This document shows, piece after piece, positions 18,981 to 28,441 of a DNA stretch of 64,000 nucleotides. Location: IMG/VR virus record IMGVR_UViG_3300023184_009648, positions 22,321-86,320 of that record. The stretch is one strand, 5' to 3'. How positions within the stretch are numbered: the stretch's first letter is position 1; each line of letters begins with the position of its first letter. Made by a program: the position numbers and the translations under genes. A model generated the notes under the pieces. That model was not told where the DNA came from and searched no databases. It saw nothing but the letters and a program-made list of their open reading frames with translations. The DNA is from a virus.

Positions 18981-19316
18981 TTAACTTTTAGCTTTATCAA
19001 TTCTTTTTTTGTGATCATCATCAGTCATGCTGGTTTTTTCATTTGGGATCATATGTGGAACTCGATCCCAATAACCCCATTGATCTTCGTTTTGTGGATT
19101 TTGAAAAACCATACCTTTTTTCCAATATTTATTTAAAAGTTCTTCGACTCTCTGTTTAGAAAGACCCGATTCTTTAGCAATAGCTGCAATTGATCGCCAT
19201 TGCCACTTGGCATTTCGAGAAAGAGCAATAAAAAATTCTTGTTCTTCATCCCCAGATTTACAGCCTTGTGGATACACATCCCACCAGTTGGGAAGTTTTT
19301 TACTGGTAGCATTCAT
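18981..19316 (-). CDS. winged-HTH protein
   Basis: WRSIAAIAKESGLSKQRVEELL...GMV; GAGGAG RBS. Confidence 0.7.
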   Translation of the reverse strand: MNATSKKLPNWWDVYPQGCKSGDEEQEFFIALSRNAKWQWRSIAAIAKESGLSKQRVEELLNKYWKKGMVFQNPQNEDQWGYWDRVPHMIPNEKTSMTDDDHKKRIDKAKS

Positions 19317-19414
19317 GAAAATCTCCTCAGAAACTAAAAACAGTTCATACTATAATATCGAGGTGTTTGGAGAAAATATTATTTCTTCAGCCCCACACAC
19401 AAAAAGAAGGTAAA

Positions 19415-19900
19415 ATGAAATATACATCGAAAATGAATCGTCACGAAAGGCGTCAAGCACAAATAGCAAAATTGGAAAACAATTTAATTGGCACTGGACT
19501 CTATATTTATGAAAATAATACAGCAGGTGACCTTAAACTCCCAAAGCCCACTGCCAGCGGAGTTCGTGTTGTTGGTCCAAGAAAAAGATTTCAAGGGGAT
19601 AGCTACTTTATGCAGTTAGTTGGACATCCAATGAATCTTTTAAGACTTGTTGAAGAAATCCAACCCAAAATGACAACGCAAGACATTGCGGAAAAAATTA
19701 AAAAGGAGAATGCCGTGGCAGGAGAAAAACTTATTCTGGATCAACCAGATACCATTACAAACAAGGGTAAAGTTGAACATGTTGTTTCAGACGAACAATC
19801 TAAGCCCCTTAATGACAATAATCTTTCTGGACAGCCTCAGCCCGAGGTGCTTTTAAATGAACAGCCTCTTGCTGGTTTAGAAATAATTAAAAAAACTTAA
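19415..19900 (+). CDS. hypothetical protein
   Basis: Long ORF; ATG at 19415 after GAAGG. Confidence 0.6.
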   Translation: MKYTSKMNRHERRQAQIAKLENNLIGTGLYIYENNTAGDLKLPKPTASGVRVVGPRKRFQGDSYFMQLVGHPMNLLRLVEEIQPKMTTQDIAEKIKKENAVAGEKLILDQPDTITNKGKVEHVVSDEQSKPLNDNNLSGQPQPEVLLNEQPLAGLEIIKKT

Positions 19901-19951
19901 TGAATTGAAGGTCTTTGTAGGTTGTAATAGTGCTAATGACTATATACCTGC

Positions 19952-20431
19952 ATGGGCAATCGTTGGATTCGACAACGCAATGGGACTACATGTGGTCCCA
20001 TTGCTATTATGAACCTCCTCAAATGGCTAGGTCGGCCAATTACCTATCATAAAGATTATAAATATTATAAGAAAAAATGCCGTTGCAAAGAGTATGGAAC
20101 AGAACTAAGTGATTTTGTATCAGTACTTTATGGAATAGAAGGCATAAAAATAAGTCCAAGAACTGTTCCAAATATAGGCGTAATTGATGAGGCTATTTCT
20201 CAAGGCCGAGCCGTAGTAATGAAATCCGCCCTTATAGAAGGCGGCGAAATTTTAGGTCATTATTTTATTGTCACAGAAAGAACTGACAAATCATTTTTTT
20301 GCGTAAATGTTAACAACAAACATAGCTGGATTTCTAAACCAGCTTTTAGAAATCAATATCTACAACATCACGCACATTATTGCTATTTGTGTGGTATAGC
20401 ACCATATTGCTGGATTATTAGGGCAGAATAG
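19952..20431 (+). CDS. C39-like papain-fold cysteine peptidase
   Basis: Q.....CGPIA and GHYFIV motifs. Confidence 0.75.
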   Translation: MGNRWIRQRNGTTCGPIAIMNLLKWLGRPITYHKDYKYYKKKCRCKEYGTELSDFVSVLYGIEGIKISPRTVPNIGVIDEAISQGRAVVMKSALIEGGEILGHYFIVTERTDKSFFCVNVNNKHSWISKPAFRNQYLQHHAHYCYLCGIAPYCWIIRAE

Positions 20432-20906
20432 TAGGGTCTCTATATTGAACCCAATCGGAAAAAGATTTTCTGAAATGGTACAAAATTTTACGCTTAAAAA
20501 ATGGCCAAGATTCTTTAAAGCTAGAGTGTAATTTTAAATTTTCTACTTCATCAATGTTAACCCAAACACTATCACTATGTTCGTCAGAAATACTTACTTT
20601 AAAAGGTTTATCAATAGCATAAAAAAAAGTAGTAAAACGAAATCTTCCATCAATATCTTCATAATCACCAAAACGATAACCTTCAAAATTTCCACATTCT
20701 TCAATAGCTTCTCGTTTGGCAGCATCTATAGTACTTTCGCCTTGTTCAACTTTTCCACCGGGTATGCACCAGCTTTCAAAGTGATTTCCTTTAGTGGCTC
20801 GTTTCAATAAAAGAATTTTTTGGCCATCAGTGAAAAGAATGCCAGCACCTGATTTGCCCCAATATTTTCTTCCATCTCTACCAATCCGATGATACTGTTC
20901 GTTCAT
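20418..20906 (-). CDS. Nudix hydrolase
   Basis: Nudix box GGKVEQGESTIDAAKREAIEECG. Confidence 0.92.
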   Translation of the reverse strand: MNEQYHRIGRDGRKYWGKSGAGILFTDGQKILLLKRATKGNHFESWCIPGGKVEQGESTIDAAKREAIEECGNFEGYRFGDYEDIDGRFRFTTFFYAIDKPFKVSISDEHSDSVWVNIDEVENLKLHSSFKESWPFFKRKILYHFRKSFSDWVQYRDPTILP

Positions 20907-21508
20907 CGCTTTGGACCTCTCTTCAACGGAACCGGTTTAAGCTTTTCTATTTGTCGATCTGGCTGATCTTTAAAATAATGCATTGTATTAGTTAATTCAC
21001 GGCTAATTTCAGATGCAGAAGTGCCTGTGCATTTTGTGGAGTTTTGTAATGAAACTGTTTTACGATCACGGTTGTAAAATCCTTTACTCAAAACAAAACA
21101 TCTAAGTTCAGGATGCCAAGTTACAACGCCTACCCATTCACCATCATCCCAATTACGAGATGAAACAATTAGGCGTAAAGGTTTTTCACTATAAACATGT
21201 TTTGTGTGATAACCTTGATTTTTCATTGCAGCACTAATATAGCCAAGACAAATGCGAGCAAAACCTTCAAGGGCTTCGTCGGCTTTTGTACGATAATTGA
21301 CCTCAACACTGTAGCGTGAGGTTTCAACAGCTTCTACTAGGTTTTTTTGACGATATTCTTGAAAAGTCTTCATAGAACCACGAAGAGTGGCTCCAAAATA
21401 TTCTTTGCAAATTTGAACAAAATCTTCTTGTGAGACTTCTTTAGGCATAAAGTCTGCAAGACTCTGTTCCTTGCGCCAATTAAAAAAATCTTTCATCTTT
21501 GTCTCCAT
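20903..21508 (-). CDS. hypothetical protein with two capsid-targeting-like motifs
   Basis: MKDFFNWRKE (residue 5) and MKTFQEYRQKNLVE (residue 46). Confidence 0.7.
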   Translation of the reverse strand: METKMKDFFNWRKEQSLADFMPKEVSQEDFVQICKEYFGATLRGSMKTFQEYRQKNLVEAVETSRYSVEVNYRTKADEALEGFARICLGYISAAMKNQGYHTKHVYSEKPLRLIVSSRNWDDGEWVGVVTWHPELRCFVLSKGFYNRDRKTVSLQNSTKCTGTSASEISRELTNTMHYFKDQPDRQIEKLKPVPLKRGPKR

Positions 21509-21522
21509 CTACTATATATTGC

Positions 21523-22167
21523 ATGAAGATTTCTAATTTTAAACAATGGCTTCAAGAGCAAGAAAGATCTGGTGATTTTTTTGAAACCACCATTGGAACT
21601 GAAGAAGTTGAAGCTGGACAAATTGAAAGTATTTATTCTAAAGCCAAAATTTCAGTAATGATGGTTCGTCTTTATGATCAAATGACTGGTCAAAAACTCT
21701 TGACAAATATATCAACAATTGCCAATTTATCTGGAAGTGCTTATGGCGTTTATGTTAGCAGCGAAAATAAAAAAGCAATTGGTTCAGATGTCATAAATCA
21801 AATTAAACTTATTTATCCTAATGACCCAGCCTTAGGTCAAAAACTACAAAAACTGCCGAAGAAAACAATTGCTCAATACATTCCTCAGATTGATCCCAAA
21901 AAAATCATTCCTTCAGATGTGATTCATGTTGATGTTTTAAAGCACATGAGAGAATTAGGTGATACACCAGCAGCTATTGTTGAAATTGCATCAACAATTG
22001 TTCATGAAGCAACACATGTTAAAGAATTTGAAGAAATTGGTAGTACCCGAGATGGTCCGGGAACTGCTGTTGATGTGGCAGAAAAAAGTTTTAAAAATTG
22101 GGCCAAACAAAATTGGCCAATGTTAAGTCAAAAATTTAATTTTCAAGGACCATTTCCTTTTAAATAA
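21523..22167 (+). CDS. HExxH zincin-like metallopeptidase with capsid-targeting-like N-terminus
   Basis: IASTIVHEATHVKE; MKISNFKQWLQEQE. Confidence 0.65.
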   Translation: MKISNFKQWLQEQERSGDFFETTIGTEEVEAGQIESIYSKAKISVMMVRLYDQMTGQKLLTNISTIANLSGSAYGVYVSSENKKAIGSDVINQIKLIYPNDPALGQKLQKLPKKTIAQYIPQIDPKKIIPSDVIHVDVLKHMRELGDTPAAIVEIASTIVHEATHVKEFEEIGSTRDGPGTAVDVAEKSFKNWAKQNWPMLSQKFNFQGPFPFK

Positions 22168-23046
22168 TTACATCATTCTAGGTCCAAGCAAATCGCCAAA
22201 GCGAACCAAGAGACGATCTTCAAAATCTTTCTTTTCTTGAAGACCTTCAGCAAGAATGATAGCTCCATCTAACTGAACGCCGCCATTAGGACCCGGAGGA
22301 TTTCCAATCCTACTTCTAATGCGACCTAAAATTATTTTAGCAAAAGCAAGTGCACCTTCTTGCATTGCTTGTGTAACCATTTTAAAATCGGGTTTTTTAG
22401 GAAGGTAACGAACTGCAACAGGATAATTACGATATGGAACTGGATAAATCTTGATGTGTTCATAACCACCAAGAAACTCCCATCCGCCTTGCTGACCTGA
22501 TATTCGGTTATACATATCTTCATATTGTTTGTAAAGAACCCAATCACTCATTTTGCCCCAAACTGGTTGTTGAGGGTTGATACCACCGGCAATACTTCCG
22601 TAAGCTCCTGCTCCCATGTATTCAAGGGGAATCACACCACCAAGATCAGAAGCACTAAAGGCGTAATTGGCTGTTTCTTTATATGAAACACTTCGAATAA
22701 ATCCTACATCTACTGGCATTTTATAAACACTTTGACCTGCATTTGTGTAAAAAGTATAGTATTGAAAATATTCCATAGGAGCATAATCTTCAAAAATTTG
22801 AAGAGCAAAATCTATACAATTTTCAAGTTGTTGATCATCTATTTCTAGTGGAAGAACTGGAGCTCCGAGCATAGTAAGAACATAATCTTTAATTTGCTCT
22901 CGAACCTTAGCTCTATTACGACGAGGACCAATTCGATCAAGTGGATCAGTGGGGCCAAGATTGTTACAACCCGTACCACAAGAAAGTGCATTATATTGAT
23001 CTTGGGTCGGTCTAGGAATAAAAAGGGTGTTACTCATGGCTTCCAT
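22168..23046 (-). CDS. neck/head-tail adaptor protein (T4 gp13-like)
   Basis: IKDYVLTMLGAPVLPLEIDDQQLENCID and PGPNGGVQLDG motifs. Confidence 0.85.
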   Translation of the reverse strand: MEAMSNTLFIPRPTQDQYNALSCGTGCNNLGPTDPLDRIGPRRNRAKVREQIKDYVLTMLGAPVLPLEIDDQQLENCIDFALQIFEDYAPMEYFQYYTFYTNAGQSVYKMPVDVGFIRSVSYKETANYAFSASDLGGVIPLEYMGAGAYGSIAGGINPQQPVWGKMSDWVLYKQYEDMYNRISGQQGGWEFLGGYEHIKIYPVPYRNYPVAVRYLPKKPDFKMVTQAMQEGALAFAKIILGRIRSRIGNPPGPNGGVQLDGAIILAEGLQEKKDFEDRLLVRFGDLLGPRMM

Positions 23047-23127
23047 ATGAAAAATTGTGTTTAGTTATGGTTATATATTCTATCGAGTTGAGATATTTGA
23101 ATTTCAAGAACACTCCAAAGGTAAGTT

Positions 23128-25938
23128 ATGCAAACATCATTCAGAGAATTTCTATTTCAAGCCATTGAAAAAGATGGAGCTTATAAGTTTTTAAAGCCAA
23201 CGATTCGTAAAATCGATGAAATGGCTTTATACGGGGATGTTTCTCGTATGCCAATCAATATCGACAAAGATGATATTGATTTTTTAAAACAATTTCCACA
23301 TCAGTATTGGCCCGAGGCGATGCATCAAAGATATCAATATCTTTTTCATGCAATTAAAAAACAACATGAAACTCGTAAAGCAATGGGGTGGGATGAATTA
23401 GAAGATGCTATTATTGATGCTATGAAAACTGGCGATTATTCTAAGTTAGAAACCCTTGAAGAGCCTCTTGCTTTAGACAAAAAAGAAATAGAAAAAATTA
23501 AAGAATTCAAACCAGAGTATACCGCCACTCTTGAAGACGATGAAATAGAAAAAATCGCAGACAAAATTGCATGGGAACATTTAAAAAAATCTACAGATTT
23601 TGTTGATGACCCAGAAACTCTTGAGTTTTCTTTTAAAGAAAAACTACTTCATCCAACAACTGGTAAGCCTATTAAAACTCGTACTCAACGGCGTTTTACA
23701 AAAACAGCTAAGCCATTCTTAAATCGTCTTTATCATAAAATTGAGCGCACCGCTGGATTGCCTCATATATCGGGTTCCGGTCTTGAAGGAGAAATTGCAA
23801 AGTATGGCTATGATCTTCGTAACCCGATTGAAGATCCAGAAGGAGCTCATGCTACCACTGGATTTGCTATTCCTAAACTTGGAGCAATTAAAGATCGTAT
23901 GCGTGCTTTTATGAATTTAAACGCACACAGCATGTTTGGAAAAATTGATGATCCTGATGTTGTTTGGAAGCCTGTTAATGCAGAAGATAGTGAAACTGCT
24001 GAACAATATCTTAATGTTTATCGCAAAGAATTTGAAGCTCAGCTTAAGAAAAACAAAAATTTGACAATGGATCAGGTTCAATCTCAGGCTCGGAAGCTAT
24101 CAAAGGAAAAATTAGCTGAAAAATTTCCTAATGGAACACTTCGTGGCCCTGCATATCCGGGCGTCGAAGGTGCTGAAAATGGTTTTCCAGTAACATTTAA
24201 GCGCAAAGAAAATGGTGAAATTCAAGTAATAAATCCACCACTCTATATGCCTTTCAAAAAAATGCCTAATGGCGAACTTGCTCCTTATCCTGAGGTAAAA
24301 TCCGCCCATTTCTACCGACCTCTTAGAGACAGTGAATATGTGCGAGATGATCAAGGAAACAAAGTTAAAGATGAAAACGGTAATTTTAAAACAACAGTAA
24401 ACCCTGAAAAATTAACTGGTCACAAAAAAGACCATGTTAAAATTGATGATGATGAATTTCAATATGGAATCGATATTCAAAAAGATGCTGCGATTGATCC
24501 TAATCATAACACTCAAAAGAAAGATTTTTTAGTTCGTGGAACATCCGAATACGAAGAAGCTTTTAGTAAAGTTTTTGCAAATCAATCTGAAGTTGATGTT
24601 GTAAATGGAAGAATGGTTGATGCTCCTCACAGTGGTCTCTATCGAGATATTATACAAGGAATTTTAAATTGCGTTCGCAACAAATGTGGAGACATGACTG
24701 ATTTTGAAGCTGCAATTATGATGCAGAATATATCACAAATTCATGGTTTGATCTATATGTCTATGCTTGAAAGTCTAAATCTAAAAAAACAAGCTAGAAG
24801 CTTAAGTGATAAAAATAATCGTGTAGAATGGGCTTTCAAAAAGGCTTCATCTTATGCTCAAAAAGATCATGGTGGAGGCACACGCCGTCTTCGTGCTCTT
24901 AGCGATGCTGCTCGTGCTACACAAACTCGTCGTCACACAACAAGGCGTCGTTTCGACACTTCGGGAATGAAATTCCCTTATCGAATTGAAAACTACAATA
25001 AGTTTCTTCAAGATCTTGCTGACTTGCGTGAGCGTGCTGCAAAGGCTGATGCTGAAGCAAAACAAGCTGTAGCAGCTGTGTCTCGTCGTCGTTCTGCATC
25101 AGAAGGAATTGGAAATTTACTCACAACATCTTTGCAAGACCGTGCTAAAGTAGCTGATGACCTTGTATTGTTATTAGCTGTTATTCACCAAGAGTTTGGC
25201 GAAGGCACAACTGATTCTCAAAAATACGCAGAAGACACAATTAAGTCTTTCATTGAACAAGGTATGGACTCTATTCAACTTGTAACAGCTTTTCAAAATT
25301 TAGATGTTGTTAAAAAGGCAAAAGAAGAACTCAAGGTTGAACCAGATGTTGGCTCTACCGAAGAACCTAAAGTCAGTACTGATTCTGATATGCAAAGAGA
25401 AATTAGAGATGCTAACAACATCTTTGGCAACGATTTCAATATTGATTTGCAAAGGGTTTCTGGAAACAAACAACATCCTGAAATTTTATCAAAATACAAA
25501 GCAACCATCTCCGGAGCTCTTAGTCGATATGTAAGCACAGAATTAAAACAAAAAATTAAAGGTGAACATCAATGGCTTAGCATGCCCGAAGGTGCTGAAG
25601 ATCTAGACAAAGTTCTTAAAGCCGTTCAAAAGGCAATTGATGAACGCATGGCTATGCCAGAATTACCTAGAGGTGCAGAAACAGGAGGACAAGCTCGTGT
25701 TCGCATAGGAACAGATTCCGGCAAAAACTGGTTTCAAAATCTTCAATCACAAACACCAGAAGGCTATTTTCATGTAGCACATGATCCAATTTTTCATAAA
25801 AGGGCTCCAGTAGAAAAATTAAAAGATTTGAAAAATTATTTTAATCAAAACGCAGATAAATTTCACCCTGAAGACCATGCATCAGCATTGAATGCATTAG
25901 ATGCAGCAATCAGAGAAAAAAAGGTGACTAATGGCTAA
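23128..25938 (+). CDS. large unknown protein (936 aa) with capsid-targeting-like N-terminus
   Basis: MQTSFREFLFQAIE; no family recognised. Confidence 0.75.
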   Translation: MQTSFREFLFQAIEKDGAYKFLKPTIRKIDEMALYGDVSRMPINIDKDDIDFLKQFPHQYWPEAMHQRYQYLFHAIKKQHETRKAMGWDELEDAIIDAMKTGDYSKLETLEEPLALDKKEIEKIKEFKPEYTATLEDDEIEKIADKIAWEHLKKSTDFVDDPETLEFSFKEKLLHPTTGKPIKTRTQRRFTKTAKPFLNRLYHKIERTAGLPHISGSGLEGEIAKYGYDLRNPIEDPEGAHATTGFAIPKLGAIKDRMRAFMNLNAHSMFGKIDDPDVVWKPVNAEDSETAEQYLNVYRKEFEAQLKKNKNLTMDQVQSQARKLSKEKLAEKFPNGTLRGPAYPGVEGAENGFPVTFKRKENGEIQVINPPLYMPFKKMPNGELAPYPEVKSAHFYRPLRDSEYVRDDQGNKVKDENGNFKTTVNPEKLTGHKKDHVKIDDDEFQYGIDIQKDAAIDPNHNTQKKDFLVRGTSEYEEAFSKVFANQSEVDVVNGRMVDAPHSGLYRDIIQGILNCVRNKCGDMTDFEAAIMMQNISQIHGLIYMSMLESLNLKKQARSLSDKNNRVEWAFKKASSYAQKDHGGGTRRLRALSDAARATQTRRHTTRRRFDTSGMKFPYRIENYNKFLQDLADLRERAAKADAEAKQAVAAVSRRRSASEGIGNLLTTSLQDRAKVADDLVLLLAVIHQEFGEGTTDSQKYAEDTIKSFIEQGMDSIQLVTAFQNLDVVKKAKEELKVEPDVGSTEEPKVSTDSDMQREIRDANNIFGNDFNIDLQRVSGNKQHPEILSKYKATISGALSRYVSTELKQKIKGEHQWLSMPEGAEDLDKVLKAVQKAIDERMAMPELPRGAETGGQARVRIGTDSGKNWFQNLQSQTPEGYFHVAHDPIFHKRAPVEKLKDLKNYFNQNADKFHPEDHASALNALDAAIREKKVTNG

Positions 25939-26197
25939 TTGGATGGATTATTTAATGAACCCTCGTGGCCACATGATTAAAAAGGCCATGTTTGAAGTTC
26001 TTAAAGAAAGATATAGTCAAAATGAAAGCATAATAGAAAGAGTTAGCGCACATCTAGTAACAGAAGATGATGTTAAGTCTTTTTACAAATTGATAACAGA
26101 TGTATATGAAAAAGCTTATTTCAAAGCTGTTCAGGACCATAGAGAGCAATTGGAAAAAGCTGGATTAGCCGCTAAAATAGTGCCTAATAAATCTTAA
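25931..26197 (+). CDS. hypothetical helical protein
   Basis: AAGGTG RBS; overlaps the upstream stop. Confidence 0.65.
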   Translation: MANWMDYLMNPRGHMIKKAMFEVLKERYSQNESIIERVSAHLVTEDDVKSFYKLITDVYEKAYFKAVQDHREQLEKAGLAAKIVPNKS

Positions 26198-26886
26198 TTT
26201 TCTTCGAAAGATGGCTGATAATCTGAAATTAAACAATTCAGAAGCCAGCCATTTGCTTTTTGTTCTTTTTTTCTTACACGCCACCAGCGTTTAAAATTTG
26301 TTTTAGGATATAAAACACTACCTTCACCAATATCGGTGGCATCTGTCCAAATAATCATACCCATATCTTCTTGTTGAAGAATTATACCTTCAAAAGAAGT
26401 AGGATTACCGTATTGGATAGTTTGAAAAACATCACCATAAAGATCGTCTTTTTTTGTGCGGATTTTTGCTGGCAAACAATGAATAAAAACTTTTTCAAGT
26501 TGTTCTTTTTGAATTTCTTTTTCTCGCTGTTTATCAGGAATTACTACAGTTTTGCGATCTACAAATTCCTGTTGTGCATTGGCAGATAAATCCTGCTTAG
26601 GTTGATCAGATGCTGGTTCTATAATTTTAATATCATGCTTTAAAGTCGTATCCTTTTTAGGTGGGATAATTTTTATAGGAGGTTTAGTTTCTTTTAATTC
26701 GTCCAAAAATGTTTTTTTAATATTGAGATCAGTACTTATGGGATTTATTTCCATAGTATTTTTGTATTTTTCTGAATCCCATTTCATATTGTGAAGTTGA
26801 AAATTAGACCATGTATCCTGTTCTTTCATGGCTGGATTAGGGCCAAAAAGCTTATATACAGATCCGTCTTTATTATACAGTGCCAT
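26194..26886 (-). CDS. possible divergent head-closure (gp14-like) paralog
   Basis: N-terminus MALYNKDGSVY matches that of 28442 (MALKNLDGTPY); DDLYGD motif. Confidence 0.5.
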   Translation of the reverse strand: MALYNKDGSVYKLFGPNPAMKEQDTWSNFQLHNMKWDSEKYKNTMEINPISTDLNIKKTFLDELKETKPPIKIIPPKKDTTLKHDIKIIEPASDQPKQDLSANAQQEFVDRKTVVIPDKQREKEIQKEQLEKVFIHCLPAKIRTKKDDLYGDVFQTIQYGNPTSFEGIILQQEDMGMIIWTDATDIGEGSVLYPKTNFKRWWRVRKKEQKANGWLLNCLISDYQPSFEEN

Positions 26887-27010
26887 AAATGAGCCTGTTT
26901 CTGTGAAAGGTTGTTAGAATATTGTAGATAAAATACTATCTATTTTGATAAGACAACAAAAACAGTTTGAATAAAAATGTCTTATATTCAATTGAACACA
27001 AGGATTTAAA

Positions 27011-27436
27011 ATGGCTTTAGTTGTACCAAATACTGCCGATGTGTTGATGCTTAAGTTTATTGTGAATCAACTTAAACAAGATGGTTCATCTGGAGATCCA
27101 TCTGGTGAACGCTTATTGAAACTATTCACCAATAATATCGTACCATCAAAAACAACAGTGCTCGGTGATGTTACGGAAGCAACTCAATCTGGATATACAG
27201 CTACAACTTTGTCTGGTGCAAACTGGACAGTTTCCACATCTACAGCAGGAACAAACTCGGCTGTTTATACTGAAAAAGTTTTTACTTTCACCACAGCGGC
27301 AACAGTTTATGGATACTATGTTACCAATCTTGGAGGAGGCGAATTACTTTGGGTCGAAAGATTTTCAACAGCGCCTTTTAGTTTACCTAGTGGCGGTGGA
27401 GAAATTGGCGTTACTGCCAGATTGACTTTAGACTAA
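27011..27436 (+). CDS. putative virion structural (tail-associated) protein
   Basis: LKLFTNN..P...EAT..GY...VYGYYV...LLW.ERF beta-rich pattern. Confidence 0.6.
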   Translation: MALVVPNTADVLMLKFIVNQLKQDGSSGDPSGERLLKLFTNNIVPSKTTVLGDVTEATQSGYTATTLSGANWTVSTSTAGTNSAVYTEKVFTFTTAATVYGYYVTNLGGGELLWVERFSTAPFSLPSGGGEIGVTARLTLD

Positions 27437-27508
27437 AAATTTTTTGGATATAGTCTTTTTATTTAAAAAAACAAAATACAAAGGTAAATAAAGTTAAAGA
27501 GGTAAATC

Positions 27509-28423
27509 ATGCGTATCCCAGAATTTAAGAGTTGGTTTGTTGAGCAAGAAACATTTACTTTTATTGAGGTCATCCGTGAGGTTCTTGAATTAAGAAATCT
27601 TACTGAGAGCATTCAAGCTCTTGAAGATGAAATTTCTAAGGCAACTGGCGTTCAAGCAAACTGGGTAAATATTTTAGGAGCTAAAGCCATGCGTAGTGGC
27701 AGATTTTCGCCAAGAGATTTGCGTGGCGAACATGCTGCATTCGAAGCTCTTACTAGAATTCTTATGGATCTTCAACCGGGTAAAAATTTAAAAAATACAG
27801 TTGATGAAATTGGTGATCGTTTAGCTGATAATCCAGAGCGAAAAAACAAAGAAATCATTGCTCTTTTAACTTCAGTTGCAGGAAAAAGAGGCATTGATGT
27901 TCGCAAGCGCATTACAAGCAAAGATGATGAAGGTGCTCCTATAGGGGTTGGATCTATTGATAGCGAAGAGGGAATGGGAGCTATGCACACGGCTCTTAGT
28001 GGCCGAAGAGGCGGAAGCGTAACTGGTGCTGATTTGAGCGAATTTGAGGAAATGATGATCAATGCTCTTCGCCAAATGCAACAGGGAGCAACTCGTCCTA
28101 CCCAAGAACGCCTTGAGCAAGCTATTAAAATTGTTCCAGATCGTCTCAAAGGCATGACGGATACTGAGCTTGCTGCTCATCACAATTTAAGCGATTCAAG
28201 AGTTGAACAAATTATGCAAGACATTTTTGCTGCTATGGAAAAGGCAGCCCAACAACTTGGCGAGCCATGGATTAGTCAAGTCCGTCGTCAGTTGGCAATG
28301 CGTCGAAGGCCTCGTGCTGTTGTAGAGCCTACTTCAGCTAGTTCTTCTATTGGTTCGTCAACAGCTACCGCTCATCCTGCACCTTCACCGTTGATTCACG
28401 GGTCTGCTGAAACAGGACTGTAA
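27509..28423 (+). CDS. ECF-sigma-like HTH protein with capsid-targeting-like N-terminus
   Basis: Sigma2-like EHAAFEAL...LLTSVAGKRGIDVRKR; sigma4-like RLKGMTDTELAAHHNLSDSRVEQIM. Confidence 0.55.
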   Translation: MRIPEFKSWFVEQETFTFIEVIREVLELRNLTESIQALEDEISKATGVQANWVNILGAKAMRSGRFSPRDLRGEHAAFEALTRILMDLQPGKNLKNTVDEIGDRLADNPERKNKEIIALLTSVAGKRGIDVRKRITSKDDEGAPIGVGSIDSEEGMGAMHTALSGRRGGSVTGADLSEFEEMMINALRQMQQGATRPTQERLEQAIKIVPDRLKGMTDTELAAHHNLSDSRVEQIMQDIFAAMEKAAQQLGEPWISQVRRQLAMRRRPRAVVEPTSASSSIGSSTATAHPAPSPLIHGSAETGL

Positions 28424-28441
28424 TCTATCGAGGAGGACAAG

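Noticed and set aside
18378-20431. RiPP system (tandem peptides plus C39 peptidase)
   Set aside because: Only one peptide has a GG, the leader matches the capsid-targeting pattern better, and no modifying enzyme or transporter is adjacent
27772-28183. Long antisense ORFs (also 31186-31560, 50252-50551, 58805-59134 and others in the track)
   Set aside because: They lie opposite well-supported genes, with no RBS or motifs
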